In this document: one piece after another, positions 1 through 9,831 of the stretch | Numbering within the stretch: the stretch's first letter is position 1 | Layout: every line of letters starts with the position of its first letter | Assembly (NCBI GenBank): GCA_030059665.1 | Contig: JANVYR010000001.1 | Span: 736,001 to 800,000 of the forward strand | Length of the DNA: 64,000 nucleotides | From: Candidatus Calditenuis fumarioli | GTDB lineage: Archaea; Thermoproteota; Nitrososphaeria_A; Caldarchaeales; Calditenuaceae | Direction: 5' to 3' | Position numbers and translations under genes: made by a program | Notes under the pieces: model-generated | What the model was told of the DNA's origin: nothing | What the model saw: the letters and a program-made list of their open reading frames with translations, nothing else | Database searches by the model: none

Positions 1-492
1 GCCGATGTACCCCCCTCCGAGGACCGCGACCCTGGAAGCGCCGGAGAGCCTCCGCTGCGCCTCCACCACGTCCTCCGGGTGCCTCAACAGAACCGGCCTC
101 GCATCCTCCACCCCCTCGAGCCCGCGAGGTATCAGCGGCTTAGCGCCCGTCGCTATCACAAGTGAGTCCCATGAGAGCTTCTCCGTCCTGCCGTCGCCGA
201 GCGAGACCTCGACTCGTTTGCCGTCGACGTCGATCGAGGTCACCGTCGCGTTCGTCAGGACCCTTATCCTCCTCTCGGAAGCGAACCTCTCGGGAGAGTA
301 GGTCCTCAGCATCCTGTAGGACGGAACTAGCCCTGATATCGCGTAGGGTATGCCGCAGGGAGCGTGGGTGATCATCCCCGTCCTCTCCACGAGCGTCACC
401 TCCGCCTCCGGGTCGAGCCTCCTCGCCCTCGCGGCCGCAGAGGACCCCGCAGCACCCCCTCCGATCACAACGACCCGCTTGACCAAAGGCAC
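1..492 (-). CDS. FAD-dependent pyridine nucleotide-disulfide oxidoreductase (CoA-disulfide reductase/NADH oxidase family), runs off the window edge
   Basis: Not in the ORF track; translated by hand from GTG at 492: MPLVKRVVVIGGGAAGSSAAARARR...HAPCGIPY...VIATGA...VLGGGYIG. Shows the FAD-binding GxGxxG, the single redox Cys and the start of the NAD-binding motif. Confidence 0.88.
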   Translation of the reverse strand, partial: MPLVKRVVVIGGGAAGSSAAARARRLDPEAEVTLVERTGMITHAPCGIPYAISGLVPSYRMLRTYSPERFASERRIRVLTNATVTSIDVDGKRVEVSLGDGRTEKLSWDSLVIATGAKPLIPRGLEGVEDARPVLLRHPEDVVEAQRRLSGASRVAVLGGGYIG

Positions 493-798
493 GGCACCGT
501 CGTGGAGACTTCGGTTTGGAGGATATCTGCCTGACGCACGGGAACGGGAGATGAAATCAGGGAGACTCGGCGACCGCGGCGCCCTGTAGTTGACGTCAGA
601 TGTGTAGAACTGCGTAAACCCGTCCACACCAGCAGACAGCCTTGAGGCTGCTTTGGCGCCGCCTGACTGTGCTGCCTGACGCCTCGACCCGCGCCACAGA
701 TCGGGTTATTACCCTCAAAACCGCTGCGAGCATTCGTTGCAGCCCCTCCGCTAGTATTCTTTATTAGCAGTGCGGGAAGGGCACCTGTGGGAAGGAGG

Positions 799-1560
799 AT
801 GGAGGTTCTCCGGATCAGGCTTCCGAACGCGGACTACATCTCTGACCTCCTGAAGGCGGTGACCGCGGTCGTCGAGGAGGGGACCTTCAGGGCCACGCAG
901 GAGGGCCTCCGGCTCACGGCGATGGACCCCGCCCACATCTCGCTGGTCGACTTCGAGCTCCGGGCGGACGCCGCGGAGGAGTACAAGGTCGCGAAGGAGA
1001 CGGAGATAACGGTGAACGTGGAGGAGCTGGTGAAGCTCCTGAGGAGGGCGAAGAAGACGGACGCGCTGGTGATCAGCTACGACGACGAGCTCCGCAGGCT
1101 GAACGTGACGCTCTCGGACATGAGGGGAGGGAAGGAGCGCCTCTTCACGCTGAACACGCTCGAGCCGATGGGCGGGACGATGAACCCGCCCTCGCTGACG
1201 TTCGAGGCGATGGCCAGGCTAGATTCCGATTCCTTCTACGAGGCGATCGAGGACTCGAAGCCGATAGCCGACGCGGTCAAGATAACCATAAGGCCTGACA
1301 TGGTGGTCGTCGCTGCGAAGGGTGAGACGAAGTCCGCGCAGCACAGGTTCGTCTCAGGAGGTCCGGCTGTTCACGAGATAGACGCCAAGTCCGAGGTCTC
1401 CGCTTCCTTCAGCATCGCCTACCTCGAGAAGATCGTGAAGCCCGGTAAGTCGCTCTCCGACGAGCTCGAGGTCAGGCTGAGCACCAACAGGCCGATAAAG
1501 CTGAGCTTCCCGATCACGTACGGCAGGCTCGAGTACCTGGTGGCACCGAGGATGGACTGA
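799..1560 (+). CDS. pcn: DNA polymerase sliding clamp (PCNA)
   Basis: Motifs LTAMDPAHISLVDFEL, FSIAYL and C-terminal YLVAPR; about 250 aa. ATG at 799 follows a GGAGG element. Confidence 0.93.
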   Translation: MEVLRIRLPNADYISDLLKAVTAVVEEGTFRATQEGLRLTAMDPAHISLVDFELRADAAEEYKVAKETEITVNVEELVKLLRRAKKTDALVISYDDELRRLNVTLSDMRGGKERLFTLNTLEPMGGTMNPPSLTFEAMARLDSDSFYEAIEDSKPIADAVKITIRPDMVVVAAKGETKSAQHRFVSGGPAVHEIDAKSEVSASFSIAYLEKIVKPGKSLSDELEVRLSTNRPIKLSFPITYGRLEYLVAPRMD

Positions 1561-1584
1561 GAGGGGAGCCGGTTCACTGTTCCT

Positions 1585-2745
1585 TCACGCCTCAGCTCTG
1601 ATCAACGCGACCTCCAGGTGACCGTACTTCACCCTCCTGACCTCGGAGACGTTCCAGCCCGAGTCCCCGAGGGCGCGGAGCGCGATCGCCTGCTTGCTGA
1701 AGATCGCCACAAGCCTCGGCTCCCTTATCGCCCTTCTGACCGAGGAGAAGGCCCTGAGGTAGAACCCGTAGGGGTCTGAGAGGCCCATCCTGATGCCGAA
1801 GGGCGGGTCGGTGACCACGTGCACCCTCTCCGGCAGCTCCGCGACCCCCTCCCACCTCTCCAGGTTCAGGGCGTCTGCCAGCTCCACCCGCACAACTCCC
1901 TCGAGCCCCGCGGCTGCCACGTTCCTCCTCGCGGCATCGACGGCCCTCGGCGAGACGTCGGTCCCGTACACCCTCGGCCTCAGCCAGCGCCTCTCGGAGG
2001 ACCTCAGCCTTGCCAACGCCTCCTCAAGGACCTCCTGCTCGATGAATTTGAGCCGGAAGACCGGCATCTCCTCCCTCCGCCTGTAGGCGTTTGGCGGAAC
2101 CCGCATCGCGTAGAGCGCTGCCTCGATTGGGATGGTGGCGCTTCCGCAGAAGGGGTCGAGGAGGCACCCGTTCTCGTTCCAATCGGAGAACATCACCATC
2201 AGGAAGGCCAGCGTGGGAGGGAGCGTGGACCTGACGTCGGCCACCCTGTAGAACCGCTTGTGAAGCGAGGGGCCCGTGAGGTTGATCCCCAGGAGGAACT
2301 CGTCGTCCCTGACCAGCGCGTACATCGGCACGTCTGGCGATTTCAGGTCGACCCTCGGCCTCCACCCCGATGACGATAGACATGACTCTATCACGGCCCT
2401 CCCCACCCGGGAAGCGACGTCCATGCTGGTGAAGGGATGGGTGCCGTGACGCTCCGCCTCGACGCCGAAGCTCTGGTCCCTGCCCATGAGCTGCTGGAAG
2501 TCCACCTCGCGAACCGCGCGCTCGATGTCGTCCAGACCCTCGAACCTCGTCCTTACCAGCTGGAGGAAGACGCGGTTGAGGCTCCTCGTTGAGAAGACGA
2601 GCTCCGCGAGGCCCCTCGCGTCGCACTCGGCGAAGACCTTCGCCACGTCAGCCTCGACATCGGTGCCGAGCAGCTGCGACACCTCAGCGGCTGCAAGGTC
2701 CTCAAGCCCCCAGAAGGTGGTCCCGAAGATCCTGAACCTGCTCAC
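1585..2745 (-). CDS. THUMP-domain RNA (guanine-N2) methyltransferase, Trm14/RlmL-like
   Basis: THUMP region (VDLKSPD), SLHKRFYR, LLDPFCGSATIPIEAA, VTDPPFG. Confidence 0.85.
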   Translation of the reverse strand: MSRFRIFGTTFWGLEDLAAAEVSQLLGTDVEADVAKVFAECDARGLAELVFSTRSLNRVFLQLVRTRFEGLDDIERAVREVDFQQLMGRDQSFGVEAERHGTHPFTSMDVASRVGRAVIESCLSSSGWRPRVDLKSPDVPMYALVRDDEFLLGINLTGPSLHKRFYRVADVRSTLPPTLAFLMVMFSDWNENGCLLDPFCGSATIPIEAALYAMRVPPNAYRRREEMPVFRLKFIEQEVLEEALARLRSSERRWLRPRVYGTDVSPRAVDAARRNVAAAGLEGVVRVELADALNLERWEGVAELPERVHVVTDPPFGIRMGLSDPYGFYLRAFSSVRRAIREPRLVAIFSKQAIALRALGDSGWNVSEVRRVKYGHLEVALIRAEA

Positions 2746-2800
2746 ACGGCATCACCTCGGGTCGTCACATCTCATCGGAGCGGTGTCGAGTGCTTCAGGG

Positions 2801-3154
2801 TCAAGTGGGCATGAAAAGAAGCATGGAGAGCACGGTCACCACCAGACCGGTGATCGCCACGAACTTCAGGTCCCTACGCCGTGCGAAGTAGATCAGGGAC
2901 ACCACCACCCTCGAGTAGGGAGTGAGCATCAGGGCTGCAACGCCGAGCCTCATCAGAAGGGCCGCTGTGCTTCCGCTGGAGCCGATCCCTGCGACGAACT
3001 CCAGGAAGCTGTTGCTCCGCACGACCCACTGATCCGAGACGGAGACCTGCTCCCCCTCCCGGAGGACGTAGAGGGAGATGCCGAGGGCCATGGAGGCCAG
3101 CGAGACGAGCGTGCCTGCCAGCATGAGAAACCCAAGAGCCCTCTCGAGTTCCAT
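2801..3154 (-). CDS. DUF1634-like small membrane protein, partner of the TSUP exporter
   Basis: 117 aa with three hydrophobic segments and a LMLTPYSRVV motif; starts 2 nt after the TSUP stop. The longer ORF-track frame overlaps TSUP and is not credible. Confidence 0.75.
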   Translation of the reverse strand: MELERALGFLMLAGTLVSLASMALGISLYVLREGEQVSVSDQWVVRSNSFLEFVAGIGSSGSTAALLMRLGVAALMLTPYSRVVVSLIYFARRRDLKFVAITGLVVTVLSMLLFMPT

Positions 3155-3156
3155 GC

Positions 3157-3990
3157 TCAGACACCCAGCACCAGCGCCCGGTAGAGCATGACCGCGGCCG
3201 AGACTCCGGCCAGGACGAAGTAGAGCCGCCTGAGGTTGACGTCCCTTATGCGCGTAAGGAGGCTCGAGCCAGCGATCGAGCCGAGCGTGGTCCCGAGGGC
3301 CATGGGTGCTGCCAGGTCCAGTACCATCAGCCCAGAGGCGACGTAGACCCCGGCACCAGCGAGGGCTGTCATCCCCATGATCAGGTTGCTCGTGGACGTG
3401 GAGACCTTGGTGGGCATCCTCAGCACGAGCTCGTGAATCGCCACCTTGAAGGCACCCGCACCGATGCCGAGCATCCCCGCAACAGCACCAGCCCACACCA
3501 TCGCGAGCCCTCCGTAGACCGCGTTGGTCAGCCTGTACCTGACCTCCCTTCCCAGCGATGCGTCGAAGTACGACCCCTCCAGTCCCAGCCACGCCGAGAC
3601 CCTGTCCTGCCTCACGCCCTCCGGCCCCTGATGGCTCCCCGTCAGGCGCGTGAGCAGAAGCGAGAGGATCATGACGGCCGAGAAGGAAAGGGCAACCGCG
3701 GTGGAGCTGACGTTGACGGTCAGGAGCGCACCGAGTATCGCGCCCGTGATGGTGAAGCACTCGAGGAACATCGCCGCCTTCAGGCTCGTTACGCCCTCCC
3801 TGAGGAACGAGGAGGAGGAACCGCTGGACGTCGCGATGACCGAGATCAGGCCAGAGGCCACAGCGTGCTTGACCGGGACGCCCAGCAACACGAGGAAGGG
3901 GATTGTGACGCTCGCGCCGCCGAGGCCGGTCAGAGACCCGAGGAGGCCCCCGAGGGTGGAGACGAGAACCACCTCCAGCACGCCGACCAA
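3157..3990 (-). CDS. Sulfite exporter TauE/SafE (TSUP) family permease
   Basis: GGLLGSLTGLGGASVTIPFL and AGMLGIGAGAFKV repeats; multi-TM protein. Confidence 0.85.
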   Translation of the reverse strand: MVGVLEVVLVSTLGGLLGSLTGLGGASVTIPFLVLLGVPVKHAVASGLISVIATSSGSSSSFLREGVTSLKAAMFLECFTITGAILGALLTVNVSSTAVALSFSAVMILSLLLTRLTGSHQGPEGVRQDRVSAWLGLEGSYFDASLGREVRYRLTNAVYGGLAMVWAGAVAGMLGIGAGAFKVAIHELVLRMPTKVSTSTSNLIMGMTALAGAGVYVASGLMVLDLAAPMALGTTLGSIAGSSLLTRIRDVNLRRLYFVLAGVSAAVMLYRALVLGV

Positions 3991-4054
3991 GGTCCCACTG
4001 GCCTGTGGCGCACGGATCAGGATAAATGGTATTCACAGCCGAGGGGGGGTTCGG

Positions 4055-5962
4055 TCAGAAGTACCCGAGCAGCCTGCCCAGGAGGAAGATCAGGATCAGG
4101 AAGATCCCGATGGCGATCCCTCCGACGTTGACGTTGCTGCTGCCGGTCTGGATGTACCTGAAGGCCTGTACGAAGTAGACGAAGGCCCTCGCGGAGGCGT
4201 AGTTGAGGCCGTCGATCACCCTCTCCTCGACGTACCTCCTCACCGCGGAGGCGAGTTTGATGAAGCCGTTGACGAAGACCGCCTCGAAGGCCGCGTCGAT
4301 GTAGTACCTGTTGACGAGGAGGGTGTGGATAGGTCTGAGCGCTCCCGACCTGACGGACGCAGGGTCAAGCCTTCCGCCGAGGAAGTACAGGTACGAGAAG
4401 AGCAGGCCCGTTCCGAGTATCAGGGCAGAGACCGCGTAGGCCATCGGGTCGACCTCGATGTGCTCCTCGATCCCGAAGAAGTGGAGGAACTGCTCCTCTA
4501 CCGGCGGGAGCCCTATAACGGCTGCGAGGGCCGCGAGCACCACCAGAGGAGTCGTCATCACCGGAGGGGACTCGTGGAGACCTCCGTGGCCGTCCGGATG
4601 GTGGACTTCGCCTCCACGGAACTCGCCGAGGAAGACTCTGCTCAGCCACCGGAAGCTGTAGACAACCGTGAGAACCGAGGCGGCCGTCACCAGCGCCAGC
4701 GGGACCCAGTGACCTCCCTTCAGGAGCGAGTTGACGATCAGGTCCTTGGTGAAGAAGCCGCTGAAGGGCGGGATCCCCGAGAGGCTCAGCACGCCCACCA
4801 GGGCCGTGTAGAACGTGACCGGCATGTACCTCCTCAGCCCTCCCATCCTGTCGATGTCGTTGGTCCCCACAGCGTGGATCACCGAGCCCGCCGCGAGGAA
4901 CAGCAACGCCTTGAAGGCCGAGTGGCTCAGCAGATGGTACGTGCCCGCTGTCCAGCCGTAGATTGAGCCAGCGCCGATCGCGGTGAACATCAGGGCCAGC
5001 TGGCTTATGGTGGAGTAGGCGACGACTCGCTTGATGTCGTTCATGACGAGCCCCATCGTGGCCGCGAAGAGCGAGGTGAACGCGCCGATCGATATCATCA
5101 GCGAGTACCACTGGTCGAGTCCCGAGGTCCCGAGGTGCTCCACGGGGATGAGGGTCCACGAGAACCTCGCCATCAGGTAGACCCCGGCCTTGACCATCGT
5201 GGCCGCGTGGATCAGCGCGCTCACCGGTGTGGGGCCCTCCATCGCGTCCGGGAGCCAGACGTGGAGCGGGAACTGGGCAGACTTGCCCATGGCTCCTCCG
5301 AAGGCGAGGAGCATCGCTAACGTCATCAGCTGGGGTTCGATCCCGTGGAGCTCGACCTCGTGGGCGATCTCTGAGACGCTGAGCGTTCCGTACTTCGCGA
5401 AGAGGAGCGCTATCGCCGCGAAGAGCATGACGTCGCCTATCCTCGTCGTGACGAAGGCCTTGATCCCGGCATACCTCGCCTCCTTCCTGTGGTAGTAGAA
5501 GCTGATCAGGGCGTAGCTGCAGATTCCCACGATCTCCCACCCGATGTAGAGGCCTGCGAGGTTGTCGGAGAGAACGAGGAGCGTCATGCCGCCGATGAAG
5601 AAGGTCATGAAGAACCAGTACCTGGGAAGGCCCTCCTCGTGGGCCATGTACCCGACCGAGTAGACCAGGATCAGCAGTCCTATTCCCGTGGCGATGCAGG
5701 CCATTAGGACCGAGAGCGGGTCCACCAGAAGCCCGAACTCGAGCACCTCGCCGCCCGGGAGGACGAGCCAGGGAACCGAGACCAGCAGCGACCTCCCGCC
5801 GTAGACGTCGGGGACCATGGAGAAGGAGGCTGCCGCGGCCGCCGCGATCAGCAAGATTGAGTAGAGCTCGCCGGCCCTCTTGTGGATCCTGAAGAACGCG
5901 GGGACCAGCGCCGAGCCGAGGATCGGAAGGAGCCAAGCTATCCAGGGAGCGTAGGGGAGCAT
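4055..5962 (-). CDS. nuoL: NADH:quinone oxidoreductase subunit L (antiporter-like)
   Basis: KAFVTTRIGD, GKSAQFPLHVWLPDAMEGPTPVSALIHAATMVKAG, HSAFKALLFL, plus the C-terminal lateral helix ending IQTG. Confidence 0.92.
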   Translation of the reverse strand: MLPYAPWIAWLLPILGSALVPAFFRIHKRAGELYSILLIAAAAAASFSMVPDVYGGRSLLVSVPWLVLPGGEVLEFGLLVDPLSVLMACIATGIGLLILVYSVGYMAHEEGLPRYWFFMTFFIGGMTLLVLSDNLAGLYIGWEIVGICSYALISFYYHRKEARYAGIKAFVTTRIGDVMLFAAIALLFAKYGTLSVSEIAHEVELHGIEPQLMTLAMLLAFGGAMGKSAQFPLHVWLPDAMEGPTPVSALIHAATMVKAGVYLMARFSWTLIPVEHLGTSGLDQWYSLMISIGAFTSLFAATMGLVMNDIKRVVAYSTISQLALMFTAIGAGSIYGWTAGTYHLLSHSAFKALLFLAAGSVIHAVGTNDIDRMGGLRRYMPVTFYTALVGVLSLSGIPPFSGFFTKDLIVNSLLKGGHWVPLALVTAASVLTVVYSFRWLSRVFLGEFRGGEVHHPDGHGGLHESPPVMTTPLVVLAALAAVIGLPPVEEQFLHFFGIEEHIEVDPMAYAVSALILGTGLLFSYLYFLGGRLDPASVRSGALRPIHTLLVNRYYIDAAFEAVFVNGFIKLASAVRRYVEERVIDGLNYASARAFVYFVQAFRYIQTGSSNVNVGGIAIGIFLILIFLLGRLLGYF

Positions 5963-6097
5963 GACCCGAATGAGTGGTGAGGAGCGATCTCTTAAATGAT
6001 GCTCGTCTCGATCGACGTGCCAGATTCTCATCTGAGGTGATGCGGAGCAGGTGAGCCAACGTTAAATCCGACGCAAATCGGTGCGAGTCGAGGAGTT

Positions 6098-6991
6098 TTG
6101 CCGGTCCTCGTCGACGCTTCGACCAGGGTCCTCGTCCAAGGGATCACGGGAAGGGAGGGTAGCTTCCACACCGAGGCGATGATCCGGTACGGGACCAAGG
6201 TCGTCGCAGGCGTCACACCTGGGAAGGGAGGCACCACTGTCCACGGGGTTCCGGTCTACGACTCGGTCGAGGAGGCCGTGAGGGCCCATCCGGAGGTCAA
6301 CGCCTCCATCGTCTTCGTCCCTGCGAAGTTCGCACCTGACGCGGTCTACGAGGCGATCGATGCGGGGATAAGGCTGATCGTGGTCATCACGGAGGGGATA
6401 CCGATCCACGAGGGGATCAGGATGATCAGGTACGCGCGGATGAGGAACGTGACGGTGATAGGCCCCAACACGCCGGGCGTCATCACACCGGGCGAGTGCA
6501 AGCTCGGCATCATGCCGGGTCACGTCTTCTCCCCTGGCAGGATCGGGTTGGTCTCGAGGAGCGGGACGCTGACCTACGAGGTGGCGATGCAGCTGACCTC
6601 CGCAGGTTTGGGGCAGAGCACCTGCGTCGGCATCGGCGGCGATCCTGTGGTCGGTATGGACTTCATCGAGGTGCTGGATCTCTTCAGGAGGGACCCCGGG
6701 ACGGAGGCGGTGGTGCTGATCGGAGAGATCGGTGGGGACGCGGAGGAGAGGGTGGCGCGTTTCGTCGTCGAGACCGAATACCCGAAGCCGGTGGTCGCCT
6801 ACGTCGCCGGGAGGACCGCACCTCCGGGGAAGAGGATGGGCCACGCGGGCGCGATCATCTCGATGGGCGTCGGCGACGCCGAGAGCAAGATCAGGGCCCT
6901 CTCATCCGCAGGGATCAGGGTGGCCGCTACTCCGTTCGAGATACCCTCGCTGGTCAGGGAGGCCCTCAGCTCGAGGGCGAAAGCAGCCTGA
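6098..6991 (+). CDS. sucD: Succinyl-CoA synthetase alpha subunit
   Basis: [45 protein letters not shown] (phospho-His). Confidence 0.96.
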   Translation: MPVLVDASTRVLVQGITGREGSFHTEAMIRYGTKVVAGVTPGKGGTTVHGVPVYDSVEEAVRAHPEVNASIVFVPAKFAPDAVYEAIDAGIRLIVVITEGIPIHEGIRMIRYARMRNVTVIGPNTPGVITPGECKLGIMPGHVFSPGRIGLVSRSGTLTYEVAMQLTSAGLGQSTCVGIGGDPVVGMDFIEVLDLFRRDPGTEAVVLIGEIGGDAEERVARFVVETEYPKPVVAYVAGRTAPPGKRMGHAGAIISMGVGDAESKIRALSSAGIRVAATPFEIPSLVREALSSRAKAA

Positions 6992-7177
6992 GCCTCAGCT
7001 CGCGGAACCTCTTCCTCAGTCCGATCGGCTCCCAGCATCCCGTCGTCCCACATGCACCTGCCCACCAGCTCCGTCGATAACGGCAGGCCCTCGGAGGACG
7101 GGTCATAGGGCATCCTCGTCGCCCTGACGTAGTCGACGGCCCTATCCTCAACCGAAAATAAGCCCATCGGTGGCAGA

Positions 7178-7966
7178 TCAGTCGGGGAGGAACCTCTTCC
7201 TGACCCTGGAGCTGACGAAATCGACCGCGAGGACGAAGGCGAGCAGCACGATCAGCGCAGTGCTGAGGGACCTGTAGTCTAGGACCTGGACGTACGCCAG
7301 AATGTAGAACCCTATGCCGCCTGCTCCCACCAGCCCCAGGATCGCGGAGGCCCTGACGTTGTACTCGAACATGAAGAGCGACTGGCTCAGGACGTAGTTG
7401 GCGGCCTCCGGCAGCACGACGTACCTCATCTCCGCGAGCTTGCCGACCCTCATCACCCTGATCGCCTCCAGCACCTCCCGGTCGACGGCGTCGAAGGCCT
7501 CGTACAGCAGCTTCGAGAGGTAGCCCGTCGAGTACATCGCTGTTCCAAGGACGCCCGCGAGCGGGCCGAATCCCACGGTGACCACGAAGATCAGCGCCCA
7601 GATGATCGATGGGACCGTTCTGATGACCGAGAGGACGAACCTCAGAGGCACGGTGACCGCATCGCCGAAGAGGGACCTCGTGCTGAGGAGCGCGAGGGGG
7701 ACCGAAAGGGCCACGGCGATCGAGGTGCCAGCGAAGGCGATCATCACCGTCTCGATCATGCTCATCACGAGTGTGGGCAGCGGCCTCGGGTCCGGCGGCA
7801 GCATCCCCGCCACGAACGCGGGCAGGTTTCCGAAGCGCGCAACCACAGCTGGGTCGAAGGCGCCGAACCTGATCAGGAGCGAAAGCGTGACCACCGCGAT
7901 GGCCAGCTGGACCGCCAGACCCACGGGAGGCCTTTGGCCCCTCACAGGGTGTGGCGTGGTGGTCAA
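7178..7966 (-). CDS. phnE: Phosphonate/phosphite ABC transporter permease
   Basis: RTVPSIIWALIFV, GPLAGVL, FEYNVRASAILGLVGAGGIG. Confidence 0.9.
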   Translation of the reverse strand: MTTTPHPVRGQRPPVGLAVQLAIAVVTLSLLIRFGAFDPAVVARFGNLPAFVAGMLPPDPRPLPTLVMSMIETVMIAFAGTSIAVALSVPLALLSTRSLFGDAVTVPLRFVLSVIRTVPSIIWALIFVVTVGFGPLAGVLGTAMYSTGYLSKLLYEAFDAVDREVLEAIRVMRVGKLAEMRYVVLPEAANYVLSQSLFMFEYNVRASAILGLVGAGGIGFYILAYVQVLDYRSLSTALIVLLAFVLAVDFVSSRVRKRFLPD

Positions 7967-8670
7967 AGCGCCTCCACGAGCTCCTCCGGTGAGGTCATCG
8001 ATGCCAACCGTTCCATCACGATCTTCCCGTCTTTGAGAACCGCCACTTTGTCCCCGTACCTCGGCACCAGATGGACGTCGTGCGTCGTGATCGCGAAGCC
8101 GATGCCCCTCGCTTTCAGGGACCTGATGAGTTCTAGGACCTCGATCGTCGTCAGCGGATCCAGCTGCGAGACGAACTCGTCCGCAAGGACCAGCTCGGCA
8201 CCGTGCATCAGGCTCCTCGCTATAGCAACCCTCTGCCGCTGGCCGCCGCTGAGCTCCCTCACCAGCTCGTTCTCCATCCCTCCGAGCCCCAGCTGCTCAA
8301 GGATTTCCTCGGCCCTCTCGACCTCCTCCCTCGGGAACCGGCCGAGCAGCGTTCCCAGCCCGCGGTTCCTGTCGAGCGCTCCGAGCAGCACGTTCTCCAT
8401 CACCGTCATGTTCCCCACCACACCTATCCCCTGAGGGATGTAACCGATCTTCGGCCGTGAGAGGGGTTCGCCCGAGTCGTCCACGGCGATCACCCTTCCC
8501 CTGCTGGGCCTCAGCAGCCCTGCTGCCACCTTGAGGAGCGTGGTCTTGCCCGAACCGCTCCTTCCGAGGACCATCGTCACCTCGCCAGACCGGAAGACGA
8601 CGTCCACTCCCCGCAGCACCATGACGGGGTTCCGGTACCCGAACCAGACGCCCTCGAGTTTCAGCTGCAC
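7963..8670 (-). CDS. phnC: Phosphonate/phosphite ABC transporter ATP-binding protein
   Basis: GRSGSGKTT, LSGGQRQRVAIAR, LADE; 4-nt overlap with phnE. Confidence 0.88.
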   Translation of the reverse strand: MQLKLEGVWFGYRNPVMVLRGVDVVFRSGEVTMVLGRSGSGKTTLLKVAAGLLRPSRGRVIAVDDSGEPLSRPKIGYIPQGIGVVGNMTVMENVLLGALDRNRGLGTLLGRFPREEVERAEEILEQLGLGGMENELVRELSGGQRQRVAIARSLMHGAELVLADEFVSQLDPLTTIEVLELIRSLKARGIGFAITTHDVHLVPRYGDKVAVLKDGKIVMERLASMTSPEELVEAL

Positions 8671-8675
8671 TTCCT

Positions 8676-9617
8676 TCAGCCCTTGAACTCCAGTCCCGTC
8701 AGCTCGATGTACCTGTCAAGCGCCGAGAGGTGCTCCTCCGAGGTCCTCCTCTCCCACCTCACGAAGATCGCTGAGACGAGGTTCCTCATCAGCTCCGCGC
8801 CGTCAGGGGTGTTGAGGTCAAGGAAGGCCTCGATCAAGGCCTCCCTCAGCTTCGGGTCGAGGTTTTTCGAGACGACCAGCGCGTGGGACGGCAGCGGCCC
8901 CTGCTTCTCGATCACCCGCGTCGAGCTCATCGCCCTCTCGTAGAGCTCCTTCGAGACGTCACCGGCCATCACCGTCACCTCCACCCTGCCTGCCATCAGC
9001 GCCTCGTAGCACTGGGCGTATCCGCCGGCGAAGTAGACCTCCGAGAAGAAGTCCTTGGGGTCGACCGCGCCGCCGTCCTTCCTGCTCAGGAGACCGAGCT
9101 CGACCATCCTCGCCATCGGCGCCAGGTACCCGGACGAAGAGATGGGGCTCGGGAAGCAGGCGCTCTTCCCCCTCAGGTCCTCGAGTTTGGTATACGGAGA
9201 GTCTGGTCTCACTATCCAGTAGGAGTAGTAGAAGGTGCCCTCGACGTACCTGTCGTCGACGTAGACCCTCCTGACCTCCGCGAGCACCACCTGCGCTCCG
9301 GCCGTTTTGACCGCGATCGCCGCCGGCCACGAGCCCATCAGCGCCGCCTGCGCGGTTCCGAAACGGAGGGCCTCCACCACCGCAGCGTAGCTCGTCGGCA
9401 CGTAGACCTCCACCTCCACCCCGAGCCTTGAGGAGAGGTAACCCTTGAGCCGCTCGGCCCTCTCGAGGATCTGGGCTGGGTTCTGCGTCGGCTGCACTGC
9501 CAGCACCAGCTTCTCTTTCCTCGCCGGTTGCGCCGTGAAGGGGAGGACAGCGACCAGCAGGACAGCTGCGACCACCGCGACTGCCGCAACGAGCAGCCAC
9601 CGGGTGCGCGGCGACAT
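8676..9617 (-). CDS. phnD: Phosphate/phosphite/phosphonate ABC substrate-binding protein
   Basis: N-terminal anchor, PTSYAAVVEALR, YYSYWIVR, SSSGYLAP. Confidence 0.88.
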   Translation of the reverse strand: MSPRTRWLLVAAVAVVAAVLLVAVLPFTAQPARKEKLVLAVQPTQNPAQILERAERLKGYLSSRLGVEVEVYVPTSYAAVVEALRFGTAQAALMGSWPAAIAVKTAGAQVVLAEVRRVYVDDRYVEGTFYYSYWIVRPDSPYTKLEDLRGKSACFPSPISSSGYLAPMARMVELGLLSRKDGGAVDPKDFFSEVYFAGGYAQCYEALMAGRVEVTVMAGDVSKELYERAMSSTRVIEKQGPLPSHALVVSKNLDPKLREALIEAFLDLNTPDGAELMRNLVSAIFVRWERRTSEEHLSALDRYIELTGLEFKG

Positions 9618-9631
9618 CTCGCTCGTCTGTC

Positions 9632-9664
9632 ATAACGGCGTTATTATCAACTTGACGTCGTTGA
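9632..9664. promoter_or_regulatory. Two adjacent inverted repeats overlapping the phnD TATA region
   Basis: ATAAC-GGC-GTTAT (9632-9644) and TCAAC-N8-GTTGA (9647-9664), 15-47 nt upstream of the phnD ATG. Confidence 0.4.
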
Positions 9665-9798
9665 AACTTTCCTTTTACCCTGTAAAAATCGGAGTGAGGC
9701 TACATGGGGTTCCGGCGCATCGCCGACGCGTGTAGTGACCGGGGACCGGGTGGCAATGGTGATAAGGTGGGTCGGTCGATTCGGTGCTGATCGCCGGC

Positions 9799-9831
9799 GC
9801 CCCGGTAGCTCAGCCTGGTCAGAGCACCGGC
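9799..9831 (+). pseudogene. Isolated intron-less 5' half of a tRNA (matches tRNA-Thr GGU); probable att-like island border
   Basis: GCCCCGG-TA-GCTC-AGCCTGGTCA-GAGC-A-CCGGC gives the acceptor 5' strand, a perfect D arm and the anticodon 5' strand, then similarity stops. The first 15 nt and last 7 nt are identical to the tRNA at 21916. Confidence 0.85.

Noticed and set aside
2801-4036. 411-aa ORF overlapping the TSUP gene
   Set aside because: Only the last 117 codons look like a real membrane protein; the rest is a GC-rich alternative frame of the TSUP gene.
3433-6059. Long alternative-frame and antisense ORFs over nuoL/TSUP (and similar ones over tmcA, hem and ABC genes)
   Set aside because: They are Arg/Pro/Gly-rich shadow ORFs expected in high-GC coding DNA and carry no motifs.
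6799-7167. Possible small gene after phnE
   Set aside because: It overlaps convergent sucD by about 190 nt and has no recognisable motif; cannot be supported.
9700-9831. Permuted tRNA gene (3' half upstream of the 5' half)
   Set aside because: The upstream sequence lacks a T arm (GGTTCRANTCC) and a matching acceptor 3' strand.
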